Assembly: GCA_963829055.1 (NCBI GenBank)
Contig: CAWHHI010000011.1
Span: forward strand, 608,001-672,000
Direction of reading: 5' to 3'
Length of the DNA stretch: 64,000 nucleotides
From: an uncultured Gemmatimonadaceae bacterium
GTDB taxonomy: Bacteria > Gemmatimonadota > Gemmatimonadetes > Gemmatimonadales > Gemmatimonadaceae
The first letter of the stretch is position 1; the number at the start of each line of letters is the position of its first letter. The position numbers were made by a program, and so were the translations under genes. The notes below the pieces were generated by a model. It saw only the letters and a program-made list of their open reading frames with translations. It searched no databases and was not told where the DNA came from. Shown in pieces: positions 50,398 to 61,817 of the stretch.

Positions 50398-53300
50398 CTA
50401 CTCTCGTCCCGGCAGTCTTCTGCCCGACGACCTTCAAGAGCTCACGCACCGCCGCGTCGAGCTGCGAATCCTTGCCGGTGTAACTCTCGCCGATCGGTCG
50501 CTCGACCAGGACGTCGACCTGGCCGCGGGTTCATCTCCATCACCTTGCCGTCGCTGCCGCGAATCACCGTGGACGGAATGCGCAGCGACGAGCCGTCGAT
50601 CAGGTTCACGTTCGACGTGTAGATGATCCAGCCCGCCGTCGGCTCACCGATCACGGGACCGAGCTTCAACGTCCGGTACCCCTCCGTGAAATCCTCGGCG
50701 TCCGAGAGCGAGTGCTGATCCGTCACCAGCGCCGTCGGTGCCTCGAGCGACCGCTGGCCTAGCACCGTTCGCGCTGGGGCCTCGACGCCGCCACGCGATG
50801 TCATCGTCATGTAGCCCTTCCGCGCGAAGACATCGATCGCGTACGCGTTGACGAAGCCGCCGTTGTTGTGCCGCACGTCGATCACGACGCCCTCGCGCGT
50901 CTGATTCTCCGCGTCCAGATCCACGTACAACTGCGCGAGCGAGCCCGCGCCCATGTCGAACATGTGCACGTAGCCGAGTCGGCCGCCGCTCGCCTTGGCG
51001 ACGTAGGCGCGGCGTTCCTCGACCCACTCGCGGTACAGCAGCGCCTTCTCGGTCTGTGCGTTGATCGGGACGGACGGCGACGTCCACCGCTTCTCCGTCC
51101 GCGCTCGGTGCCATGGACAACACGACGCGCCGGCCAATCGTGTTCGACAGCAGCTCGTCCAGGTTCGTGCGGGCATCGATCTTCTGCCCGTCCACGGCCG
51201 TGAGGTACTGGCCCGCCTTGATGCCGGCGATGGCCGCGGCGCCTAACGGGACGACGCCCGTCACCTTCAGCCGGCCGTTCGCCTCGTATTCCCCACGGTC
51301 GAAGCGAAGTCCAATGCGCCCGGTCGTGGGGCCAGGGCCGCCACCAGGGCCGCCGACGCCCGAATGAGAGGCGTTCAGCTCGCCGACCATGAGGTTCAGC
51401 ATCCGACGCATCTCGTCAGGCGTCCTGGCGCCGGCGATATGCGGCGCATAACGCGTTCGCACCGCCGCCCAGTCGACGCCGTTCATCGTCGAGTCGGCGA
51501 AGTTGTCCGCGAGGTACCGCCACGCCTGCGAGAACACCTCCATCTTCTCGTCGTCGAAGTTGACGTCCATCTCCGCCGTCACCGCCACGGGGCGCGCCTG
51601 ACGCGACTCGACGTTCACGCTGTTGATGCGTCCCTGTTCGAGGAAGAAGACTTCCTTCCCGTCGGGCGACCACTGGGCATCGCGCTTGGCGCCGGCCGTC
51701 GACGTGAGCTGCCGAGCCACGGCCGGATCGCGCGAGAGCTCGTCGAGCGGGTAGACGTACAGATTCTGCTGGCCACCCGCCGTCGCCGGAGCAGCAACGA
51801 CTTGCCGTCCGGGCTGATCGACGTGCGTCGCGACCGACACGCCGACGTCGAGCATCGACAGGCGGCGCCGGATGTCGTCGAACACGATCTGGACCGGCGC
51901 GCGGCGCGCTCGCCGCGTTAGGCCGCGGCGGCGCTGTCGCCGGGAGTGGTGCGGCGGGTGGAGTCGGTCGCTGGCAACGGCGCCGGGGTCGGTGGACGTC
52001 GGCTGCGCCGGACGTCGGCTGCGCCGGATTCGGCTGCGCCGGAGTTCCGCGTCTCGACGCGGAACAGATCGCGGAACTGATCCTCGCGGAATCGCGGCGT
52101 GCGCAGCGACGAGGTCGATGCGCGCGAGCTGGCGATCCTCCGTGCGCTGCGACGAGTCGTAGATCAGATACGTGCCGTCCGTGCTCCACGAGATCGTGCC
52201 GCCCGAGACGTTCGCGAGGAACGTCACCTGCCGACTCTCGCCGCCGGCCGACGGCACGACGTACACGTTGCTGAACGATCGCGCGGCTTCTGGTCGACGT
52301 ACGCGATCCAGCGGCCATCCGGCGACCAGGCCACCGACCCGTCAGCCGTGAACGGCACGCGGTCGAGCTGTCGCGCGCGCGAGCAGGCGGTCGCGCTTCG
52401 TATCGACGTCCACTACGCGCAGCTCTCGGCCGCCGCGCTGAAACACGATCGACTTGCCGTCGGGCGAGAACACGGGCGTGACATCGCCCGACGGCGCTTG
52501 CGTGAGCCGCGTCTCCTGTCCGCGTGCGAGAAATCGTAGAGGTAGAGCCCCTGCGATCCGTCGCGGTCGGACACGTACACGAGGCGCCGGCTGTCCGGCG
52601 CCCACGTCACCTGGCGCTCTCTGCCCGCGCGTCGATGTCACGCGCGTGGCGTTCCCACCATCGCGCGCAGACGCCGCGAAGACCTCGCCATGGACGACGA
52701 ACGCGACCTTCTTGCCGTCCGGCGCGAGCGCCATCTCCTCGAGGCCGTTGGTCAGCGTCAGGCGCTCGACCGACGGGCCGGCCGGCGCGCCGCGCAACGT
52801 GATGGGCACCGCCTTCGCGTCGCCGGACTGCGTGTCGAGCGTCCAGATGCCGAAGTCGCGCTCGAACGCGATCATCCGGCCGTCCGTCGAGATGGTCGGC
52901 CACAGCACGCGCCCACTCGTGAACCGCGTGACCACCGACGGCTCGCCGCCGACGGGCCGCTTCACAATGTTCTGCGGACCGTCGCGGTCGGACACGTAGT
53001 ACAGCGTGCGACCATCGGGCGTCCACATGGGCCACGTGTCCTTGGACTTGCCGGCGCTCACACGCTCGTAGCGCATCGCCTGCGGGTCGCGGAGGATCCA
53101 GATCTCCGATTCGTCGAGGTGGCTCCGGCCATTCCGCCACCACTGGCCGGACGTCGTCCCGCGCGCGGTGATGGCGATCGCGCCGCCGTTAGGCGCCGGC
53201 GCGGCCCAGTACTCGTTGGTGTACCGATCGGCGCTGACCGGCATCGGCGTCCCGCCTTCGGCGCTGACGCGGAATACGTCGTTCATCCCCGCGATCTCGC

Positions 53301-53721
53301 GGCTCGACGATGAGAAGTACACCCAGCGCCCGTCGGGCGACCACGCGTCGAGCTGATCGGGAAGATCGTCGAACGTCAGACGACGGATGTCGCCGGTCGC
53401 GAACGTGAGCATGTAGACGTCGCCGCCGCCGGTCCGCGTGGAGATGAACGCGAGGCGCTTCCCGTCCGGCGAGTACAGCGGCCGCGACTCGTTGGCGGGG
53501 TGCGAGACGAGCAGCCGGGCGACGCCGCCTGACGAGGGAACGGTCCAGATGTCGCCGCCGGACGCGAACGCGATCTCGGCATGGTCGGGCGAGATCCCGG
53601 GTTCGGCGAACGTGGGCACGGCCGCCGGCGACTGGCTCTGCGCGCTTACGGCCGAGGCGGTAACGAGACAGGATGTGAAGGACGCGAGGGCGTACCCGAG
53701 CTGACGATGCCGTCGAGTCAT
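50398..53721 (-). CDS. Tricorn-like S41 protease (PD40 propellers, PDZ, S41 domain); multiple frameshifts
   Basis: Signal peptide; repeated P.(W/Y/F)SPDG; GELNASH; GYVHM, IDVRHNNGG, SLSDAEDF, GEPTAG; split over ORFs 52342..53721, 50644..52266 and 50442..51176; 3' end approximate. Confidence 0.88.
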
Positions 53722-53819
53722 TGGCTACTCCGGGCGGGGCGGTGACGGACAGGATGCGCGGCGCACTGACAGCGGCGCGGGCTCATTCTGGTGCACTGCC
53801 GCCGTTGACGCCAGCAGAG

Positions 53820-54204
53820 TGCCATCCCGAGCGTGTGTGTCATCATCCCGGGCAAGGCGGATGTCATCCCGAGCGTCAGCGAGGGACCTTCTTGAACGTC
53901 CTCGTGGCCGGTCTGGTTACGATCCCAGCACGAAAGGGTCGCTGACACAGGCCAATCCGCTGAGCCCGCAAGAGAAGAGCAAACGACAACAGAGACAGGA
54001 TTGCCAGGATTGGCAGGATTAACGGGATGTCGCGGGGCGGCCGGGATCGGCCGCAGTTCAATCCTGTCCATCCTGCAAATCCTGTCTGCTGTTGTCTTGT
54101 CTGTGTCATCCCGAGCAGCCGCGAGGGATCTCGTGTGAGGGCATCGTAGCCGACACTAGCCACGATCACGTTCGAGAAGATCCCTCGCGGCCGCTCGGGA
54201 TGAC
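53820..54204. repeat. Repeat cluster: degenerate family-B doublet (53862-53947) with extra left ends, a CAGGATT 9-mer inverted element (53985-54096), and a family-B doublet (54104-54204)
   Basis: Several CATCCCG(A/G)GC ends; GACAGGATTGCCAGGATTGGCAGGATT versus AATCCTGTCCATCCTGCAAATCCTGTC. Confidence 0.85.
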
Positions 54205-54287
54205 CTGACAATCAGCTATCAGGATTGCCCGTCAGAAGGTGCGTCGTTCACCGTCAGGCTCTCGGGCGATCATCACATCGCGTCGGA

Positions 54288-56913
54288 TCACTCACCGCGC
54301 AGCACCAACATCGGATCCACAGTCGCCGCACGCCGGGCGGGGATGTAGGCGGCGATGAGCGCGACACCCATGAGAAGGACAATGACGACCACATAAGTCC
54401 GCGGATCTGTCGGGCTGACGCCGAACAGCAGCGTACTCATGAGCCGCGTGACTGCCCGCGCGAATACCAGTCCGATCGCGGCCGATATCATGGTCACCCG
54501 CAACACGTGTCCTACTACGAGGCGAAGCACGCGCCGGCGCTCGGCGCCGAGTGCCATCCGGACGGCGATCTCGCGCGTACGCTGCGCGACCGTGAACGAC
54601 AGGACGCCGTACACCCCGATCGCCGCCATCACGAGCGCAAGCGCGCCGAACGCGGCGAGCACCGTCATGATGAAACGCCGTTCGGAGAGAGAGCGATCAA
54701 CGCGCGCCGACAGCGTGCCAATGTCCACCGGCACATCACGATCGATGGAGCGGATGCGATCACGCACCGCGCGCATGAGCTGCGCCAGGTCGCCGCTTCC
54801 GCGCACTACGATGGAGGTGGTGAGCGCGAACTCGGGTCTCTGACGGTACAGGACGAAGTGCTCCGGGACTGCGTCCTGCTCGAGACCCCAGTGCCTAACG
54901 TTGCCGACGACGCCAACAACCGTGAGCCATGGCGTGTCCTTCCATTCCATGCTCTTCGCCTTGAACCGCTTCCCGATCGGATCCTGCCCTGGCCAGTACC
55001 GCTCGGCCATTCTGGCGATTCACGAGCGTGACACGCGCGGTGCCCGAATCATCGGCTGCAGTGAAGAATCGACCTTTCCACAGCGGTATACCCATGGCAT
55101 TGAAGTACTGGTCGCTCACGACGCGGTAGCCAGCACCGGCGCCGACGTCTCCCTGTCCCTCGACCACGATGAATCCGCTGGCACCCGAGCTCAACGGAAG
55201 CGCGTTCGTCTCCGCGACGGCGCTCACGCCGGGAATGGCTCTGAGTGCGGCAAACGTCTCGGCGTAGAACTGCGTGGCACGACTCCCGGAATACCTCGAG
55301 GCTGGCAGCGAGATCTCCGCGGCGACCGCGCCCTCAGGAACGAAGCCGAGGTCTCGCGAAATCACTGTGCGGAAGCTGCGGATCAACAGACCGGCCGCGA
55401 CAAGCAGTACGATCGCGAGCGCCAACTCCGCGCCGATCAGAATGTCACGCGAGAACGCGCGACGTCGCGTCGCCGTCGAGCGGGCACCCGTCGCAATCAC
55501 CGCGTAAAGATGGCCGCGTCCGATCTGAAACGCCGGCGCGAGACCCACGGCCAACCCGACGAGTATGGAAAGCGCCACAGCGAACGCCAGCGCGGTTCCG
55601 TTCACGCCTATTTCGGCCGCTCGTGGAAGTTGGATGGCCGTGGTGCGAGCGACGAGTCGTACGAACATCCATGCGAGCGCGACCCCGCCCGCTCCGCCGG
55701 CGACGGCCAGCACGATGCTCTCCACCAACAGCTGCCTGACGAGTCGCATGCGGCCCGCGCCTAACGCAGTGCGAATGGCGAGCTCCCGAGCGCGCACCTC
55801 GGCACGGGCGAGATTCGCACTCGCGAGGTTGGCACACGCGACGAGCAGCACGGCGGCTACCGCTGCGCCGATCAGCGCCAGGTACGACCTCGAACCTCCG
55901 ACGATTCTCTCCTGAAGCGTCGTCACTGACACATCGTACGCGTAGAGATCCTCCGGATGCGCTGCGTGGATCCCGGCCGCGATCGTGCGCATCTCCGCGC
56001 GCGCCCGTGTGAGTGTGATGCTCGGGGCGAGACGAGCGATCGCCCGGAAGTTGATGTTGTTGCGGCTGGCTGTGCGCCACGGGTTGCCGTACGAATACGG
56101 CACGAAGAGGTCGGTCCCCGCCGGGAACTCGCGCCCCTTGGGCAGCACCCCGACGATCCGATACGTGCCGTTACCGATGCGGAGCGGCGTGGCAGGCAGC
56201 GTGGGCGCGCCGCCTAACGCCCGGACCCAGAAGCCGTGACTCACCACGGCTACCGACTCGTCCCCCTGTGCGTCGGCCGCGGTCAGCGTACGCCCCATCG
56301 CGGCTGGAATGCGAAGCACGCGAAAGAAGTCGCCCGTGACGCTCGTCGTCTCGACGTGCTGCGCGTCGTCGCCGTTGATGACCGCGCGTCTCGCCGTCGA
56401 GTACAGCGCCATGGCTTCGAAGCTCCGGCCCTGCTCGCGCCAGTCGTAGTAGTTCGGGGCGGAGACGGTCTGGATCTCGTTGCCGAGTGAGTCGTTGCCC
56501 GTGAGCGTGACGATCCGCTCGGGCTCGGGGTATGGGAGTGGCCTGAGCAGGACCGCGTCGATGATGGAGAACGCGGCTGTCGTCGTCCCGATGCCGAGCG
56601 TGAGCGTGAGCAATGCGACGGCGGTGAAGCTCGGACTCCGTCGGTAGGATCGCAGCGCGAAGTGGACGTCGCGGGTGAGGTCGTGGGCCCATGACATTCC
56701 CCGCGCGTCGCGCACGGCCTCCTTGAACCGCGTCTCGCCGCCGAACTCGCGGGCGGCAAGCGCACGCGCCTCGACGGGACCAAGCCCGTGCGACTCGTGC
56801 CAGCGTGTTTGCATCTCGAGGTGGAAGCTCAGCTCCTCGTCGAGCTCGCGCTCGAAGCGGCGCGGACGTACGAGGGTCCGAAGGCGGCGGAGCAACTTGT
56901 TCAGGAATCGCAT
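54288..56913 (-). CDS. ABC transporter permease, ADOP (duplicated MacB/FtsX) type; frameshift at ~55012
   Basis: LDEELSFHLE prefix; LGIGTTTAAFS; LLVACANLA; ELAIRTALGA; QRTREIAVRMALGA; PARRAATVDPMLVLR. Confidence 0.92.
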
Positions 56914-56922
56914 GGGCCTGCC

Positions 56923-57255
56923 TCACGCGAACTGGAGAACGAGCTGTATGGCTTCGGAGAAACGACGCCACGTCGCCGTCTCGCGCGCGAGCTGTCGTTT
57001 GCCGGCGCCAGTGATCTCGTAGAACTTGGCCCGGCGGCCGAGCTCCGAGACGCCCCACTCGGACCTAACGAGTCCGTCGTCCTCGAGTCGGTGGAGCGCG
57101 GGATAGAGCGATCCCTGATTCACGCGCAGTGCGTCGCGCGAGATCTCCTGGATGCGGTGCGAGACGGCCCATCCATGCATGGGCTCGCGCGAGAGCGTGC
57201 GCAGGATGAGGAGGTCGACGGTACCCTGGAGGAGCTCGTCGGTAGGGAGTGGCAT
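56923..57255 (-). CDS. PadR family regulator (ADOP-associated type)
   Basis: LLQGTVDLLILRTL...HGW...QGSLYPALHRLE...RRAKFY. Confidence 0.93.
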   Translation of the reverse strand: MPLPTDELLQGTVDLLILRTLSREPMHGWAVSHRIQEISRDALRVNQGSLYPALHRLEDDGLVRSEWGVSELGRRAKFYEITGAGKRQLARETATWRRFSEAIQLVLQFA

Positions 57256-57271
57256 CGCGGAGTCCGGTGGT

Positions 57272-57328
57272 TGTTGTCGGCAGGCTACACCAGGACAGTA
57301 TACCACTTGGTGTCAGCCGTCGACAACA
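57272..57328. promoter_or_regulatory. Inverted repeat over the padR promoter, candidate autoregulatory operator
   Basis: TGTTGTCGGCAGGCTACACCA...TGGTGTCAGCCGTCGACAACA flanking a TATACT -10-like hexamer on the minus strand. Confidence 0.5.
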
Positions 57329-57336
57329 GCGCGCGG

Positions 57337-57443
57337 TGTCATCCCGAGGAGCGCCAGCGACGAGGGATCTTCTGTGAAGTCATCGTGGCCAGACCGGCTA
57401 CAATGACATCACAGAAGGTCCCTCGCTGCCGCTCGGGATGACA
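57337..57443. repeat. Family-B REP-like inverted doublet
   Basis: TGTCATCCCGAGG...GAGGGATCTTCTGTGA...TCACAGAAGGTCCCTCG...GCTCGGGATGACA. Confidence 0.9.
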
Positions 57444-57542
57444 TGGATGCTTCTGCGGCTTCTGCGCGGTCTGAGCGCTCTGCGTGCCGTAGTTCGACCG
57501 CGCCCGCCCTGCCTCTAGCCGCGCCAACCACCTGGTCGTACC

Positions 57543-58193
57543 ATGGAGGCGAACCAGAACCCGAGGCTTCGAGTGCCCGATTCATCCAGCGGATCGCGCC
57601 CCTCACGCCGAGACTTCGTCAGTCAGCTCGGCGCCGGTGTCAGCGCGGCGCTGCTCGCGTCGCTGTGGCCGCAAGCGCTCGCTGATGCGGCTGCTGCCGA
57701 GGACGCGGTCGCCCTCGGCCAGACACCCAGGTACAAGACCCTCACGGTGGCGCAGGCGAACGACTTCGGTGCCATCGCCGACCGCATTATTCCCCCTGAC
57801 GACACGCCGGGTGCGCGAGCCGCGGGTGTCGTGTTCTTCGCGGACCGCATGCTCGCAGGCTTCGGCGCTGCGCAGAAGCCCGCCTTCGACAAGGCACTCG
57901 CGGCCGTGAATGCCGCGTCTCGAAAGCGCGTGGCCAAAACGGCGTCGTTCGCGGCGCTCTCGGCGAAGCAGCAGGACGAAATCCTCGCGTCGATCGAGAC
58001 GACCGACGGTTTCGGCGTGCTGCGCGCGATCACCGTCGCCGGCTACTTCTCGCACCCGAGCTACGGAGGCAACCGCGACAAGGGCGGATGGAAGGCGATT
58101 GGCTTCGAGGATCGCATGCAGTGGTCGCCGCCGTTCGGGTACTACGATCGGCCTGCCGTCATGGCGCAACTGCTCCCGAGGAAGACCACGTGA
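57543..58193 (+). CDS. Gluconate 2-dehydrogenase subunit 3 family protein, Tat-exported
   Basis: SRRDFV; IADRIIPPDDTPGA; GYFSHPSYGGNRD..GWKAIGF. Confidence 0.9.
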   Translation: MEANQNPRLRVPDSSSGSRPSRRDFVSQLGAGVSAALLASLWPQALADAAAAEDAVALGQTPRYKTLTVAQANDFGAIADRIIPPDDTPGARAAGVVFFADRMLAGFGAAQKPAFDKALAAVNAASRKRVAKTASFAALSAKQQDEILASIETTDGFGVLRAITVAGYFSHPSYGGNRDKGGWKAIGFEDRMQWSPPFGYYDRPAVMAQLLPRKTT

Positions 58194-59870
58194 CGCCTGC
58201 CGTTAGGCAGTCGCCGTCCGTTCGCTACGCGCCCACCGATGAGGTGGATTTCGTCATCGTCGGGGCCGGCGCCGCGGGCGGCGTCATGGCACGTGAGCTC
58301 GCGACGAACGGCTTCCGCGTCGTCGTCCTCGAACAGGGCCCGTACCTGCACGAGACGGACTTCAAGCATGATGAGCTCGCGTCGTTCCAGCGACACCAGC
58401 TCACGAACGACTTCACGCAACAGCCGCAGACCTTCCGGAAGTCCGCCGCCGACAAGGCCGAGCGGCGCGACTATCTCGCGTATGGCCGTATGGTGGGCGG
58501 CGGTAGCGTGCACTTCACCGCGAACTACTGGCGCTTCCACGAAGTCGACTTCGAGGAACGCAGTCGTAACGGCTCCGTGGCCGGCGCGAGCATCGAAGAC
58601 TGGCCGATTCGTTATGCAGACCTCGAGCCCTACTATACGAAAGTCGAATGGGAAGTCGGCGTGAGCGGGCTTGCCGGCGCCAACCCGTTCGATCCGCCAC
58701 GATCGAAGCCGTACCCGCTGCCGCCACTCCCGGTCAAACCGTCGGGCGTCCTGTTCGAGGTCGCGGCCCGGAAGCTGGGCTGGCACGCCGCGCCCGCACC
58801 AATGGCCGTGCTGTCACAGCCGTACCGCGGACGCCCGGCGTGTCAGCACTGCGGATTCTGCGAGTCGTTCGGCTGCGAATGGAAGGCGAAGTCGAGCGCA
58901 CTCGCGACGGTCATCCCGGAAGCCGAACGAACGGGTCGCTGCGAGATCCGACCGAACAGCTACGTGCGCCGCATCCAGACCAACAACAGCGGGCTGGTGA
59001 CGGGCGTCGTCTACTTCGATGGCGCGAAGCGCGAGGTCATGCAGCGCGCGAAGGCCGTCGTCGTCTGCGCGAACGGAGCGGAGACGCCGCGTCTCCTGCT
59101 CATGTCGGCGTCGAATCAGTTTCCGAACGGGCTCGCGAACTCGAGCGGCGCCGTCGGTAAGTACCTCATGTTCAACGGCGGCGCGTTCGCCGGCGGGCTG
59201 TACGAGCACGAGGTCAACGGCCACAAGAGCGTGCAGGTGAGCCGGTACATGCAGGACTTCTATCGGCTCGACAAGAAGTACGGGCTCGCGGGCGGTGGCG
59301 GCATCGACACGCGGTTCGACTGGTATCCGGTCGGCTTCGCGATGGACGCGCTGCCATCCGACGGCCCCCGCTGGGGAGCGGAGTACAAGCGCATGCTCCG
59401 CGAGTACTACACGCGCTCCATGTACGCGCTCGCGCACACGACGTCGCTGCCACAGGAGACGAGCACGATCACGCTCGATCCGGAGCTCGAGGACGCGTGG
59501 GGCCTTCCGGCGATCCGCACGACGTTCACCGAGCACCCGAACGATGTGAAGCTCTACGAGTTCTTCCTCGAACGCTGCGTCGAGCTGCTGGACGCGGCCG
59601 GCGCGAAGCGCACGTGGAAGTTCGGGCTGGACGCGCCGTGGCAGGTCCACTTGTTAGGCACGTGCCGGATGGGCAACGACCCGAAGGCGTCGGTCGTGGA
59701 CAAGTTCCATCGCGCGCACGACGTGGCCGAATCTGTTCATCGTGGACGGGAGCAGCTTCGTCACGTCAGGCACGGGACAGCCGACGATGACGATTCAGGC
59801 GCTGGCATTTCGGGCGGCAGAGGCCATCACAGGAATGGCCAGGCGCGGCGAGATCTCCAGGCGCGCGTAA
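58190..59870 (+). CDS. GMC family FAD oxidoreductase; frameshift at ~59727
   Basis: VGAGAAGG, LEQG, GGGSVHF, CQHCGFC...C, HLLGTCRMG; continues NLFIVDGS...PTMTIQALA in the shifted frame to TAA at 59870. Confidence 0.92.
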
Positions 59871-59885
59871 CAGCGTGACAGGGCC

Positions 59886-60096
59886 GGGCATCCGGCGGCG
59901 GCATGGCCAGTTCCAAGTGCGTCAGCAACTGCTCAGGGTGAGGTGTCAGGCATCAGGTCCGCGTCGACACGGAGCTGGTGCGCAATGGCTCGAACGACGG
60001 CAGCGACCGTGCCGACCGTGGCTCAGCCTGATGCCTGACACCTCATACTGAAGTGCTGACGTGCTGAGTGACTGGCCATGCCGCCGCCGGATGCCC
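59886..60096. repeat. Long nested inverted repeat between convergent genes
   Basis: 26-bp perfect arms 59886-59911/60071-60096; 19-bp perfect inner arms 59939-59957/60027-60045. Confidence 0.88.
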
Positions 60097-60121
60097 GCCG
60101 AATGCCTGCCGCTGTCGAGCA

Positions 60122-61407
60122 CTAACGAATCTCCTTGAGCCGCCTGAGCGGCGGAACCTTCCACGCCGTCGCACTCACGACCAGCAGCGTCATCGCGCCG
60201 CCGAAGACCACCGCCCGAACCGCGCCTAACAACTTCGCCGCCACGCCGGACTCGAACGCACCAATCTCGTTCGATGACCCGATGAAGATCGAGTTCACCG
60301 CCGACACCCGCCCCATGCAGATGCGGCCGGCGTGAACACCTGAAGCAGCGTCGAGCGGATGACGACGCTCACCATGTCGAACAGTCCGCTCGCCACGAGG
60401 AGCGCGACGGACAGCACGAAGGATCGCGACAGTCCAAAGCCGATGATCGAGAGCCCGAAGCCCGCGACGGCGATGAACAACGCGCGTCCGGCACGTCGGA
60501 TCGGCGGACGATGCGTGAGCACGAGCGACATCGCCACCGCGCCCGCGGCGGGCGCCGCCTGCATGATGCCGAGCCCCTCCGGCCCGACGTGCAGGATCTC
60601 CGCGGCAAAGATCGGCAGCAACGCCACCGCGCCGCCGAACAGCACCGAGAACATGTCGAGCGTCAGGGCGCCGAGAACGACAGGCTGATGCAGGACGAAC
60701 CGGACGCCGACGCCAAGGCTCTCCCACACCGTCTCCGATTTCGCCTCCACTGGTGTCACGACACGGCGCACCTGCGCGAGACACGCGAGCGCCACGAGGA
60801 ACAGCGACGCCGCGACGCCATACGCGAGACGCGCGCTGCCGAACGCGTACAGCAGTCCTCCGAGCGCCGGCCCGACCACCGCGGCGAGCTGCCACGCAGC
60901 ACTCCGCCACGCCGACGCCCGCGCATACAGCTCACGCACCACCAGCTCGGCCGCCAGTGCCGCTCGCGCCGGCGTGAGAAAGCTGCGCGCGATCCCGCTC
61001 ACCGCGATGACGAGGTAGATCGGCCAGATCGCGCTGCCCGGCCGGAGGCGGAATGACAGCGCGAAGAGCGTCGCTGAACACAGCAGCATGACGCCGAGCG
61101 AGACGATGGAGACCTGGCGGCGGTCGATGCGATCGGCCACGTGGCCGGCGAACAACGCGACGCCGATGAACGGCAACGCTTCGGAGAGTCCGATGAGCCC
61201 GAGCGCGAGCGGGTCGTGTGTGAGCGCGTAGATCTGCCATCCCACGACGACTGCCTGCACCTGCTGCGCGAGCGTCGCCGGAAGCAGACTCACGATGAAC
61301 CACCGGAACGACGCAAACCGAAGCGGCGCGTACGGATCCTCGGGCGTACCTATGAGCTCCGGGCGCACCTTTGGCCGCCGCACGCGCGAGCGAAACGGAA
61401 TCGACAT
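60122..61407 (-). CDS. MFS transporter (EntS/H+ antiporter-like); frameshift at ~60320
   Basis: [11 protein letters not shown] motif [40 protein letters not shown]. Confidence 0.92.
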
Positions 61408-61480
61408 TCCGATGAGTGAGAGCGACGGTCGGGCCGGAAGGATCCGGCGACGTCCGGAAAGCTAAACGTCGAGGGTCCCG

Positions 61481-61652
61481 GTCATTCCGAGCGGACTTTT
61501 GTCATTCCGAGCGGAGCGCGCGCGGAGCGCACGCGCAGTCGAGGAATCGAGATCGTATGTGTAGAGAGGGCTCTCTATCGGGACGTTCGCGATTCCTCGA
61601 CTCGCTGTCGCTCGCTCGGAATGACAGCCGGCTGACGCTCGCTCGGAGTGAC
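61481..61652. repeat. Family-A REP-like inverted doublet (61500-61626) with extra ends on both sides
   Basis: GTCATTCCGAGCGG at 61481 and 61501; TAGAGAGGGCTCTCTA centre; CGCTCGGAATGACA then CGCTCGGAGTGAC. Confidence 0.9.
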
Positions 61653-61817
61653 CCGTCGCCAGCCTCGCGTCCACCGGCGGACCGCCGACGAGCCAGCCCC
61701 GACAGCTCGTCCCTAACGCGGACGGGTGGACCCAATGTAACAGCGGTCCGGTCCCTGATGCCTTTCTGGTAGGTGCGGGCCATACCAGTTTCGGCCACCC
61801 CTTATCGGAGCAACCCG

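Noticed and set aside
48809..50449. Long antisense and alternative-frame ORFs (e.g. 546 aa opposite the ASST gene, 503 aa at 45320-46831)
   Set aside because: Arg/Ala-rich shadow ORFs expected at high GC; they overlap well-supported genes.
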